DNA of 63,825 bases, counting the filler, from Reclinomonas americana ATCC 50394 (lineage: Eukaryota): assembly GCA_048213135.1 (NCBI GenBank). It is 5 parts of 2 records of this genome, joined end to end, with 100 filler letters (N's around TTAATTAATTAA, not from the genome) between each part and the next. Parts side by side here need not be neighbours in the genome. Positions count along the whole stretch, not along the records: positions 1 to 20,032 come from PS015346.1; 4 more parts are not named here. One strand, given 5' to 3'. The notes beneath the pieces were generated by a model. The model was not told the DNA's origin. It worked only from the letters and a program-made list of their open reading frames with translations, and searched no databases. A program made the translations under genes and the position numbers. Shown here piece after piece: positions 1 to 15,682 of the stretch (position 1 is its first letter; the number at the start of each line of letters is the position of its first letter).

Positions 1-111
1 GAAGGACGGGGCGGGCCGACGAACGTTAGTAGGAGGACGTCGCGTCGTACGGTCCGAACGACGGACGTGTACGGTACGTACGCTACTCTCTCTCCTCTCT
101 CTCTCTCTCTC

Positions 112-171
<60 letters not shown>

Positions 172-245
172 ACATTCTTCCTCTCATCACTCATTGCCCT
201 CTCTTCCCCTCGCCTCTCTCTCACTCACTCTCCTTCTTCTCACAG

Positions 246-3200
246 TCGTGCGCGACGCACCTCCTGGACCGACCTCAGCTGCCTCCTCCTCTGCTGGTGC
301 CTCTGCTGCCGCTGCTGCTCCGGCTCGACATCGACCGGTGTTTGGCGAGCCGCTTTCGTCGGTGCTGCAGAGGGATTATGGACCGGCGGCGAGTCGGGGA
401 TGGCTCATTCCGCGCTTCATTGTGGAGGTGGTGACGGCGTTGGAGAAAGGAGGAGGTGATTATGAGAAGGGGCAAGAGGTGGGCGAAGAGAACAGAGAGT
501 GGGAGAAAGCGGAAGGGAAGCGAGCGAAGAGGAGCGGAAGAGAACAAGGGATTGTGGCAAGGAGGGTAAAGAGACAGACGCGAGAGCGCATTCGTTTTCA
601 GCGACTGGCAGAGACAGGGAACGCGCGAGAGGATGAAGAAGAGGAGCAGAGGCGGATGAAGAGAAGAGAGACTGGGAGATATCGGGAGGGAGGTGAGCGA
701 AGAGAAGTGAAAGATAGAACGATGGATTGTGGCAAAGAGGGTATGAAAGAGAACGACACAGGAGCGCCTTCGTTTTCAGTGGAGGGCAGAGACAGGGAAC
801 GCGTGAGAGAATGAGGCATGAGAAAGATAAGAATCAGAGATGGACATCGCTGACAGTGTTTTGTCGTGTCTAGCTCTCTCTCCTCGCTGGTTTGCGTCTC
901 TCTCTCTCTCTCTTTGTCTCCTTCTCTCACACACACTAATTCTCTGCTACCCTCCGCTGAAAACGGAAGGCGCTCTGCTCTTGTGTCGGTCTCTTTCATG
1001 CCTCTTTGCCACGATCCATCGTTCTCTCATGCTACGAGGAATGATAGACGGATCGACAGCAGAAAGTGTTCATGTCGCGTCTTTGGATGGGCGTCTGCTC
1101 ACTCTCGCTGTTGGTTTGCGCGCAGAATGTTACTCATTCAGTCGTCGTGTCATTCTTTTCTCATCCCCATTTTCTCTTCCTTGCGCCTTCACTCCTTGTG
1201 ATTTCACCACAATGCACTTTTCTCTTCTTTCCTCCCCTTTCCCTCTCCCTCACCCTTCCCCTCCATCCCCAGGCCTCCGCACAGAGGGCATCTTCCGCGT
1301 GCCACCCGCCATTCGCGATCGGGATCGTCTCAAGGCCGAGATCGAGGACGGCCGTCCGGTGACCTTCCTCGGCCAAGATGAGCACACGCTGGCTGGCATC
1401 TTGAAACACTACGCCGCCTCGTTGCCGACGATGCTGCTCGGCGAGGGCACCGACGCTCGTGGCTGGATCGAGTGGGCCGACCGGTGGGACGCTGCGGCGC
1501 ACAATCCGTCGGTGCGGAACGGCTTGATGGAGGAGGCCCGCTCGCGCTTGCGCGGTATGCGACCACCGGAGCAGAGCCTGCTGGTTCTCATTTTGCACAC
1601 GGCACAACGCGTCGTCGACAATACGTACACCACGCGCCTGAATGTGGCCACCGTGTCGGGTTGTCTGCGCCAGTGCCTGCTCGATGTACCTCTCGACGAT
1701 GTCAGCCGACCACCCGGAGGTATCTCCTTGGTTCTCTTTTCTCTTCCCCCACCTTTACTCACTTCTCTTCTGTCGACAGACCTCGACTCGATGCGACACG
1801 CCGCGGCGGTCTCCAAGCGCGCTGCGCGCGTGGTGGAGATCCTCGTGGAGATGGAGCCGTATATTTTCCGAGAGGCAAATGCGCAGCTGGACGAGGTGTT
1901 GCGTGCGTGCTTTGGCGACGCGTACATGGAGCGCGTGCGCGAGAGGCGGGCGCAGATTGAGGAGCAAATGGTGCGCTCCGCGCAAGTTCGTGGTGGCTCC
2001 GAGGGCCTGGTGACGGTCGCCCAGAAGGGCACGCCCTCACGCGTGGCCAACGAGGTCGGTGGATCGTCGCCCGCCCCGGCCCCGCCAACTGCGTCGTCGA
2101 TGCAGGGCGAGGAAGAGTTGATAATGGAGGCTCCAGTGGTGAGTCGTGGATATTGTGCACCGTTGTGTTGCTGCCGCGAGGACTCACATTCTCGGCTGCA
2201 GTCGAGTGCGCAAATGGAGGAGTTGCGTGCGTTGGTGCAGCAGGTGCAGGACGAGCATGCGACGAGCTTGGAGCGGCTGACCACGGTGCTGGAGAGTGAA
2301 CGCGCCCATCACGCCGAGTCGGAGCGCCTGTTGCACGAGCGACTGACACTGGAGTTGGAGCACGTGCGACAGGAGACAGTGTCGGAGTTGGAGTTGTTGC
2401 GCACAGAGGTATGCAACAACAACAACAACGACGTCACCGACCTTGATTTCAATATTCCTCCTGACCCTCTTGCTTCGTGCACGAAAGATTCGCGACTCGG
2501 TTCGCCGACTGGAGGACGAGCAGCAGCGACAGGGCACGGCGCTCATGTCGCTGACTCGCGACGACACGGATGCCATGGAGCGATTGACGCGCAGTCAGGA
2601 TACACTGTCGGAGGAGATTCAGCTGTTGTGGCGGCGGTTGGGCGACGCCGAGGCCGCGGTGGTCACGCTCACTGAATCGCACCGGCGCACGCGCGATCTG
2701 AACGATCTCAAGATCTCCGCGCCACCGGGTGTGGACTACGAGGCGGCGCGAAAGCTGCAACAGCGGGTGGTATCGTTGGAGGATGAGGTCGAGCGCAGTC
2801 AGCTGGCCAACAAGCAGTTGCAGCATGAGGTGCGCTCGCTGCGCGAGCGAGCCGAGGATCGCGTGAATCGCGTCTCTCAGCTGCAGCAGACGCACCAGGC
2901 GTCCATGTCGGCCGGCAGTGCGGCCGGCAACGACGTCGAGATGCTGCAGTTCCCCAGTGCCAGCGTCAACAAGGCGGTGTCGCCTGTGGCAGTACCGGTG
3001 TCGGTGCGGTCACAGAGTGGCTCTGCCGGTGCGTCGCGCCCCACCACGCTGCCCGCGAGTCTGGCCAAGCCGGCCATGTACGCCACTGTCGATGCGGATC
3101 GCACGCTGGCCGGCCCGACGGCGGCGGCGACTCTTTATGTGCCCGCCCCGCCGCGACGGGCACCACCAACTGTGCCGTCGACTCGGGGGACTGGCGCACG

Positions 3201-3246
3201 CCCGCAGTCCACCACTCTTGGTCGCACTTTCAATGGGCGAGTGTAG
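246..3246 (+). CDS. RhoGAP-domain protein with C-terminal coiled coil (multi-exon, 5' end truncated)
   Basis: Exons give PVFGEPL...IPRFIVEVVTALEK, GLRTEGIFRVP (arginine finger) and DEHTLAGILKHY, typical of RhoGAP, then a heptad-rich E/L/R region. Three short GT-AG introns lie in 1720-2507. Stop at 3244-3246. Confidence 0.88.
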
Positions 3247-3280
3247 TATGCGTGTGTCTGTTTGTGTACACTTGGTTTTT

Positions 3281-7222
<3,942 letters not shown>

Positions 7223-7867
7223 CGCAATACGAGAGGCAACGTTGTCTGTCCTGTGGCGCTTGTCTACAGCAACTAGAAGCATTACTGGGTGCGAGTGATC
7301 TTAGCGTGCTTGAAAACAAGGAGTTCCAGCAGTTGCCTGTCGCGTTATTTTCCGATATCGGTCGATTGCGACGTCAACGTCGATCGACTGTTTTTTGGAA
7401 CCCTTTCCTCGCGCATGGCGGTCCTGTGGCACTGCTGTGCCGGGTCCGGAAGGTGCCTGCTGTCGTGCAGCTCCCCAGCCTGCCGCATGCCGAAACTCCA
7501 GCGTGCGAAGTCGACCTTCAATCGTTTGATTGGCTTTCCTCCTGCAAAGGAAGATGACTGTTGGAGAAGAGGAAGGTCCAAGAGGAACTGTATCTATGTA
7601 TTGTTGGTGTGCCAAGGTCATTATCGGCAATTACAAGGAATCGCTGCGGTGGACATGCATTCGCATTAATATGTGGCGAATGTAGTGTTTTGTTTCATCC
7701 GAGCCTCCGCCTTTGTCCCTGCTGAACGCCTCAGAAGTAGTGTCGTCGTTGCTGCATCTAGCAAGCTTCTACGGACCTGGATCACGGCCGATCAGAAGCT
7801 TCTCGACAACTTTTGAACCGTCCTGGAGGATTGTCCACCCAATCAATCGTCACACAGGAGCGTGGGG

Positions 7868-10800
7868 ATGGCGTCCAGTGGCGTCCCTCCACACTCCTCC
7901 TCCTCCTCTTCCTCCTCCTCTGTGGATGGGACTGCCCTTCATCAACAACAGCAACAACAACAACAACACGGCTTTGTGAGCATGTTTAGTGACACACCGA
8001 CGATTCCCGATGTGCCGACGCCCTTTGCCGCTGTCGGGCCCATGAATCCGTTCCTGCATCCTCATCTACATCCTCATCTGCACCATCACATACCGTCGAG
8101 TGTGCATGTTGGTGAGGAAGAGAGAAGAGTGAGACAAGAGAGAAGAGAGAAGAGCAGAGAGAGAAGTGAGTTCTAAGCATTCAAACACACACGCACGCAC
8201 GCATGCTCCTCGTGCTCTCTCTCTCTCTCTCCCTCTCCCTCTGTGCGTGCAGTTCACTCCATGCATTCCATTTGTGGATGCTTGTTGACCTTCTCTCTAT
8301 CCAGGCACCTTTGATGACCCCATCCCTCCTGTCGACTCCTACGACTTGATGGACGCGTACCGCTTCACTGCGCCTGCGCCACCTGCGCTGTCACTGCCTC
8401 CACCCAACTTGCCACCACCACCACCACCACCACCACCTCCTGCACCTCCGTACGGTTACATTCCGCTGCCGGTGAAGCCGCCGCCGCCTCCTCCTCCGCC
8501 ACCACCACCACCGCCACCAGCAGCAGCAGCTGTCGCTCCGTCACCTGCTGGCGGCTTGAAACCGTCGGCGTCCACCTCGTCGCTGACCTCCAGCAGCTCG
8601 TCGGGTGATCTGGCCCGTCTGGCAGGTTCCTCTGCGGCTGCGGCTGCTGGTGGCACCGGTGGCGCGGCGCGTGAGCAGCTGTCCAATGCTCGTGAGCCGC
8701 CGTCACTAGCGGAGCGGGTGTGGCTGGTGGGAGCGTCGGGTGCCAAGGTGCAAGTGAAGACAGCCGACTCCACCGTGTGGACCTTGGATCGAGCCAATAG
8801 TGTTGCGTGGTGCTCTTTTTGTTTTGAGCGTGGCATCGACGACATCACACTCAATGCGTCTTTGGCCAGTGGAGTGATGCACAGACCGACTGGTTCTCCT
8901 TCCGGTTCGGCTCGGTGCGCCAGTTGGCGGCCGGCGATCGCAGCGGGGGCGATGGAACCATTCGACCGTCCCTCATCAAGACGCGGCACTACATGCTCCA
9001 ATTGTTTGTCACCAATCCAGTGCTGTCGCGTGTGCGGGTGTTGGCCCGAGTGGCCTTGCTGGAGGCCGGTACGGAGAAGCTGGTGCGCGTCCGTGACCCC
9101 AAGACCGGCGTCATTGACGATGGATTGGGACCGTTGCGTCTCCGCCACCACCACCACCGCAACCGCTTCCTTTGGGTGTTGTGCTGACTGTGCGCGCGCG
9201 TGGTGTTTTGGCGCTGCAGAGCCTCGTCGGCCGACATCAACATGGTCAGCCAGGGCGATTCACTCTTTGGCCAAACGGAAATACGATTCGCCTTCCACAG
9301 CAATGTGTACGACTCGATGCGTGTCACGGATGTGGATGGTGGAGCCAGCTCATCGTCCTCTGCCGCGACCACTGCCACCGCTGCATCCGCAAATGATTCC
9401 GACAGCGACTCTGCAAAGTTGGCCACTCGCAAATCACCCAAATCGAGCAAGTCGCCAAAGGCGACTGTCAGCAAGACGCCGTCGTTGCGTCCACGCACAC
9501 ACATATATGTATGCCATTCTTGCGTCACGTGCCGCTTACACCACAGTGCCGCAGAATGACGCCGCGCTTCAAACTGCGCGTCACGTACCATCTTCTGGGA
9601 ATGGACGACGAAGTGCAGGAGGTCCCGTTTGCGACTGTCTTGTCGCCAATCTTTGAAATCTTGGCGCGAGCTGGCAAGGGTGGTGAGGCACACCGCGAGG
9701 CTCTTGTCCCCAGCGTGCGTGCATGCAAACTCCTTGCTTTCCCCCACTTTCTCTCTCTTTCCCATTGCAGATCGTGTGTATGCTGGCTACGCGCGCGATG
9801 AGGCACAGTACGAGGAGCAGTCGGTTGTGGTGGAACGTGACACCGCCATGGATTCACCTCGGTTTGTGGAGATGCCGGCGACACAGTCGGCTCCGTCGAC
9901 TCGTGCCCCCACTCCATCGCTCCCTTCAGCGGTCTCCTCGCCAGAGGCTCCCAGACCGCCTGCCATCATGGTGCCGCCTGCCGCCTCGTCCTCTTCCTCT
10001 GCGCCACCCGCCAGTGCCGCGTATACTGCCGTTCCTCACGACAGTCAGCGACGAGCCGCAGACTTGTCAATTGAGAGTTTCGTGCAAGTGTATGTGTGCC
10101 CGCCCATTGTCTACTCGTTTGCTCATCGCCCGCGACTGGCAGTACCGCGGTCCATGTTGGCACCCAAGATGCCGGCACCGTCGCCGACGCTACACCTGGA
10201 ACTCGACGAATTGCTGCGCCTCTTCTGGCTCAATCCCACGTTTATCGAACAAACACACCGGCGCAATGTCCTGGTGGGCTTTGTCGATCGCGTGACGCAG
10301 CTGCAGGGTTTGTCACCATCTCTACGTCGACACAGTCCGTCTCTCCCTCTCCCTTACCGTCTTGTCCACAGACGACGATCAGCAGTACCTGCTGGCCCTG
10401 TTGCGTGCGCGACTGCCAAACCTGTTTGCGAGTGTGGCTTCGTACGGTTCGGCGCCTGGATTTGGTACTTCGATTGGTGGTGTTGGTGTTGGTGGCAGCA
10501 GCAGCAGCAGCAGTGGTGGTGTCGGTGGTGGTGGTGGTGGTGGTGGCGGCGGTGGCGGAGGAGGAGGAGGGTTAGGGGGAGGAGGAGGAGGAGGGGCTGG
10601 TATCGGAGGTGCAGGTGGCAGCGGTGGAGTGAGCGGTCTACATCTCATGTCGTCGCAACGAGGCGCCTCGTCGGGCGGTGCAGACGATTTCTCCCGACTG
10701 CTGATTGAGACGCCGCCGCCACCACCGCCGTCGTCGCAGACAGTGCCACCTCCACCTCCGCTAGCTCCACCGCTCCCATCTTCTCTGTCGTATGATGCAC

Positions 10801-11527
10801 CAATGCGGCAGCAACTCCTGCAGCCGTCTCTCCAACTGACGACGACACCGGTTCGCAATCCTCCGCTGACGCAGCGGCCGACAGATGCGCTGAACCCGCC
10901 GCGCGGTCAGGCGCCTCCATCGTTCTCCGGAACAACGCCGTCGTCATCGGCGGCCCATCCAGCGGGCGCACCATACGACGATGATCGGAGTGCTGGTGAA
11001 CAGTCCATGCTGAATGGCATGGAACGGTTTGTGTTGCTCACATTGCGCGCTCTCTCTCCCCGTATTTTGTCGCTGACATGGGTGGTGTCGGGGCAGGAAA
11101 CGATCGTATTCTTCCGCGGTGTCGTCGTACTTGGTAAATGTGGGCGACGACCTGGGCGACAGTATTGATGATGATGGTGCGTGATGATCCTCACGAACCG
11201 TGACAGCTTTTTGTCACCGCTTACCAATGGTGCTGCTTCGCAACAGACTGGATGCCGCCAACGAAGCGCGCGAACACTGCCGTTGGCATGAGTGGAGCGG
11301 GTGGCAGTGACCACCGATCACAGTGGCGAGAAAACGAGGGCGTGTTTGACACCATACCTGGCGCTGGTACCGGTCTGCACTTCCGATCGCAGCAACCGCC
11401 GCCAGCCGGCCAATCTTCTCCCCCGGCGCCGCCATTGCCTCCTCCTCCTACAGGCCCGTTTAGCTCGCCACCTTCTCGGCACTCCAATTCACCGGGAGGC
11501 ACACGACCGGAGAATAAGGGTGGTTGA
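7868..11527 (+). CDS. Uncharacterised protein, paralogue 1 of a putative DNA-binding family (Q/H/P/G low-complexity flanks)
   Basis: The multi-exon model stays in frame across about 9 GT-AG introns. Core FSFRFGSVR..KTRHYMLQL..RVALLEAGT..EIRFAFHSNVY..PRFKLRVTYH..SPIFEILAR is shared with the gene at 20468-24484. Basic patches RKRS and PTKR could be nuclear localisation signals. Confidence 0.7.
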
Positions 11528-11597
11528 TATGGAGGACGGTGTGCGACAGACAATACAGTTCTTGTTTATGTGGATAGCTATGCTGCAGAGTGGGGCT

Positions 11598-14500
11598 TTA
11601 AAGGTACTCCTCCTCGTCGTCCTGCCGTGCCATGATGGCATCCAGCTCTCTGCGCACGACTCCACGCCAGGCCGCGTTCATGCGTGCCTTCACCTCTTCC
11701 CAACTGGAATCCAGCAGTGCAAGGTCCGTCACTCCCATCTCATCGCTCAGCAGCCACTCGACCAGGGTCGCGGCGATCTCGGGCTTCAAGTTCTTGTGCT
11801 TTGTGCACCAGACTGCGCGATACAGAGGCGCAACAGTGAATATGTGTGTGCCAAGACAGACAAAAACAAACGAAAACAGACAAACCATGGAATGCGTCGC
11901 GAACGGGCGTTGACGGCAGCAGCTGCAACTCCATTGGCACTGAGGCCTCGCTAGCCGAGTCGGGATCTCGGACGCGGCTAGGGCCTCGTACGCTGGCGGT
12001 CGGTGCAGGCGGCACAGGTGCCGATGGCGCCGGCGCCGGCGCCGTCCGAGCAGCAGACGACGCAAACATGAAGTTACCGGAGCCGAAAGGTGCGGAGGCG
12101 GCGGTGCTTGCGCTTCCAGCCGAACCGGCCGGGAGCCACGAGCTGCCCGACGCGCGCACTGGAGTGGTGGGCGAGTGCGACGTCACCGAGGCCACATCGC
12201 TCTGCGGTGGCGTCACGGTGCCGTTGGCGCTCGAGTGGGACGGCGTGGACGCAGGTGATGCGAAGCTTAGGTTAAAGGGCGGGCGTGCCCAGGCACCCGC
12301 CAAGCCGGCAGCACCCGCACCACCATACGGACTGGCGATCGCTGGTGCCGGCACCGGCGGCTGCGCGAACATTGGTGCAGATGGCTGCTGCGCGAACATG
12401 GGTGCAGATGTCTGCTGCGCGAACATGGGTGCAGATGGCTGCTGCGCGAACATGGGTGCAGATGGCTGCTGCGCGAACATGGGTGCAGACGGCGGCGCCT
12501 GCTCCGACTGGCGACGACCATCGCGAGCGCTGAGGGGTGCAGCGGCCATGTTCACTCGCGCACTCGGCAGCGACGCCTCCGAATCTGCGTCAGCGTCAAA
12601 CTCGGCACCGCGGCGACTGACTGCCGATGACGGTCGCTCCCCCTCCGCTCCCTGATGGCGGCTGACTGCCGACGATGGTCGCTGTCGGCGGGCACGCTTG
12701 CGAAGCTTGCCCTTCACCAAGGCCTCAGCAGCGGACAGTGCGTGCATGAGTGGCTCCAGAACCAGCACCTCCGCCCCCTTGTCGCGGTACGAGTTCGGTC
12801 CCGTGTACGACACAGTGGGATAGATGCTGGCGCGGGTGATGCCGCTCTGTTCGGCAAAGCGATCCAGCGTCTTGTCCACCAAATCACTCTCGAGAGCGCG
12901 GATGGCGTTCTTGTGTCGCAGACGCGGGTCGACCATGTCCATGCCGGCCAGAACCACCATCGGCTGCAGGCCCTGTTCGCCGAGAAGCTGGCCCAACTCA
13001 CGCAAAGCCCACATCTTGTCCTCCTGGCCCAGCATGTTCACGTGGCAGCACAGAATGACGCCATGCACACGGTGAGCGACGCCACCCTTCCACGGTGCCA
13101 CTTGGTCCAGATCGTCGTCGAAGCGGAAGCCGTCAGGCAGGGTGCCTTCCACCAGGGCGCTCGTCACGTCGTTCGAGTAGTTGGTGTTTGTCGCCTCTGC
13201 CGGTGGGCGGTAGACGCCTTCCGCGTTGCCGGGCTGGCGGATTGCGTCCGAGTGGTAGCCCTGGTGTGTGCACACAGCAGTGAGCGTCATGCATCCGGAA
13301 GTAGTGGGGCGCGCGCACAGAGCTCTCAACACTCACCCAGCAGTCAATCAGGTTAAGGTGGTCCGCCACGGCGTAGGTGACCTTCTTCTGTGTCACACCA
13401 GCATCCGACGGGCAGCTTGGCGCGACCGAGAAGAAGCGGTTGTTCAGCGCGCTGGCCATGGTGTTGATGGTGGCACTCTTGGCACCATTCTATCACACCA
13501 ACACATACGGAAAAGTCAGCAACGACGAGCGTCGTGTGGTGGGTGGTCACAGACGCACAACGCAACTCGGAGACCGACAAACAGAATGTTGTAGGCACCC
13601 ACTTCAGCCGGACAGTTGCGCTGGTACTCGTTGATGGTCGCCAGAATAGTGTCGCGCTCCGCCTCCAGGTTTTGTTGAGAGATGCGAGGTGCTGTGGCAT
13701 ACACACGTGAGTGACGAAGATGCACATGATCAACGTTGGATGAGAAACGCACCAGGGAGTGTGTAAAAATCGGTCTCGTCCGAGTACGAAGTCCGCGTGC
13801 CATCTTTACGAATGCCTTGCACGCGCAACGTCACGAGTTCATTGGCAGGCAGCTCGCTCACCCAGTACTCGTTGATGCTCACGTCGGCTTCACCCACAAT
13901 CTTCCAATGCACTGTGGCAGAAGCCGTGCACGACATGTGAGTGTGACTGCACGCGAAGGGGGTTTGCTTGAAAAGCGCAGTGACACAATACCTCGCATTT
14001 TGCTGTCGGGCCCACGGTTTCGCACTTTGCGCTCAATGTGGATCCTGTCGAGGTTGAAGTCCAGCAGCGACCCGCTCGGCATCGAGAACTTGAGCATCAG
14101 CTCAGTCGATGTGCGGTTTCCAGTGGTCACCGAGGGGCTGTGAACAGTGGAAGATGAGCAACGAGGTCGACAACGACAACGAGGGCACATACAAACACAC
14201 CATGCATTGCTGGAGACCGACGCCGGGCCAAACAGCTTCTCGACCTGCTCACGCGAGTCGACGAAGAATGTGTTGCGCTGCGAGGTGCCGAGCAGCTTGA
14301 TGTCTTCACGCGCAGCGTCGTCGCGAGGAGCGTGCAGGGCGAACACCACAGTCGGGATCTTGGCGTCGTGCAGCGAGCAGTTGGCCTCCATCTTGGCTTT
14401 CTGCGGGAATGGCAGTGCGCCTGCACGTGAAGTACTTGTTGTCAGATCGAGGAAAACAACGACGACAAGTCAGCTGTGCAAGAAGAGTGGACACCAACCT

Positions 14501-15023
14501 ACAGTCACCAACACCACGAGATTCTTCGGGTTTTGTCGTGCGCACGTGCCCAGGTGTTGCGCAGCGATCTTGATGGCGCTGGCTACACCGGCATTCTGGG
14601 TGGCCGCCACAGCCGCGTCGCCCTCCACGTCCAGAAGCGGTTCGGCATAGTCCTCGGCGCGCGCAGCAAAGTCAAACAGTGGTTGGCGATCGTTGGTGAG
14701 CACTTGGAAGTTCACCGCCGGCGTGTGCTGGCCATACAGCACCACCGAGAAGTTGACAGATCGCGGATCATCGCGATCCAGACGCGAATGGCTCAACAGC
14801 ATGCGCACAATGCTCTTGACGGTCAGCACCTCCCATGCCATCGGCAAGCACTGCAACAGGGAGCACACACAAGGAAATCGTCAGAGGCAGGCGAGAATGC
14901 AATCACACAGAGGAGAGAGTGGACTAGGAAGTAGAACGCAACGAGGACGATGTTGGTGCTCTCGCTGAGTGGCGGGAGCACAATGCTCTGCAGGCGTTGA
15001 TGTTCATCGCCGGCAATATCCAT
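11598..15023 (-). CDS. vWA-like + FN3 + IFI44-like GTPase (degenerate G1/G4) + C-terminal helical domain (copy A)
   Basis: Spliced: VNFSVVLYG/KNLVVLVTVG (vWA-like strands); VSELPANELVTLRVQGIRKDGTRTSYS (FN3); YNILFVGLR|NGAKSATINT, LIDCW|G, GTLPDGF, RVHGVILC, PMVVLAGMD, SGITRASIYPTVSY, EVLVLEPL (IFI44-family pattern). Confidence 0.8.
12361..12489 (-). repeat. 27-bp coding tandem repeat x5 (SAPMFAQQP)
   Basis: CTGCGCGAACATGGGTGCAGATGGCTG unit repeated about 5 times in frame in the linker of copy A. Confidence 0.95.
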
Positions 15024-15682
15024 GACAGTCAAAGTGGTTCTCTCTCCGAGGCAGAAGTGGAAATGTGTGGAAACAACCTGTCATCGACAGTGCCATGTCG
15101 GATCGCAGACATTTCCGGCTGACGACTGCCGGCACCTGTTGTCCGCTGGTCTCCCGGACACGTTGGCAGCCGCGGAGCTCGAGGGTGCCACAGGCGAGGG
15201 AGATGACGACTGCGCACTTGCAATTGAAACGATCATCGATCGCGATTATTTACGTACGCGCTGCGTGTTTTGAACCAAAACCCGCTTGCAGCTCACGCGC
15301 GCAGGCGAGCATGCCGTGAGAGGAGGAGGGAAAGGGCAAGGAAGGGGATACGTGGTAGCGGGGCACAGTCGCACGGTTGACTTCTGCCGGGTCGCGCAAT
15401 GATATCGTCAGCCGGGAATGCAATTGTTCGCGTCCTGTCGAAAGATGGAAATGCACGCGCGCACTGCGCGTACTGCCCGGCAAACTGAGGACGCGTACTC
15501 TTCTCCCTACTATCACTGCGTCGCACATTGACGCAAGTGAGCACACCTTGCGACTCTTGGTGTATTTGCATGTCCAGTCGTATTCGGATCAATTGCGAAC
15601 CCGGCATGTCCCGTCGCGCGGTACATTTCCTGTCACACAACTCGCTTTTTCTCTGTGTCTGCTGAGCACTTGCAACGCGAAC
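15024..15682. promoter_or_regulatory. Probable bidirectional promoter/5'UTR region between divergent paralogues
   Basis: 659 bp separate the inferred ATGs of two head-to-head paralogous genes. No specific motif recognised. Confidence 0.5.
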
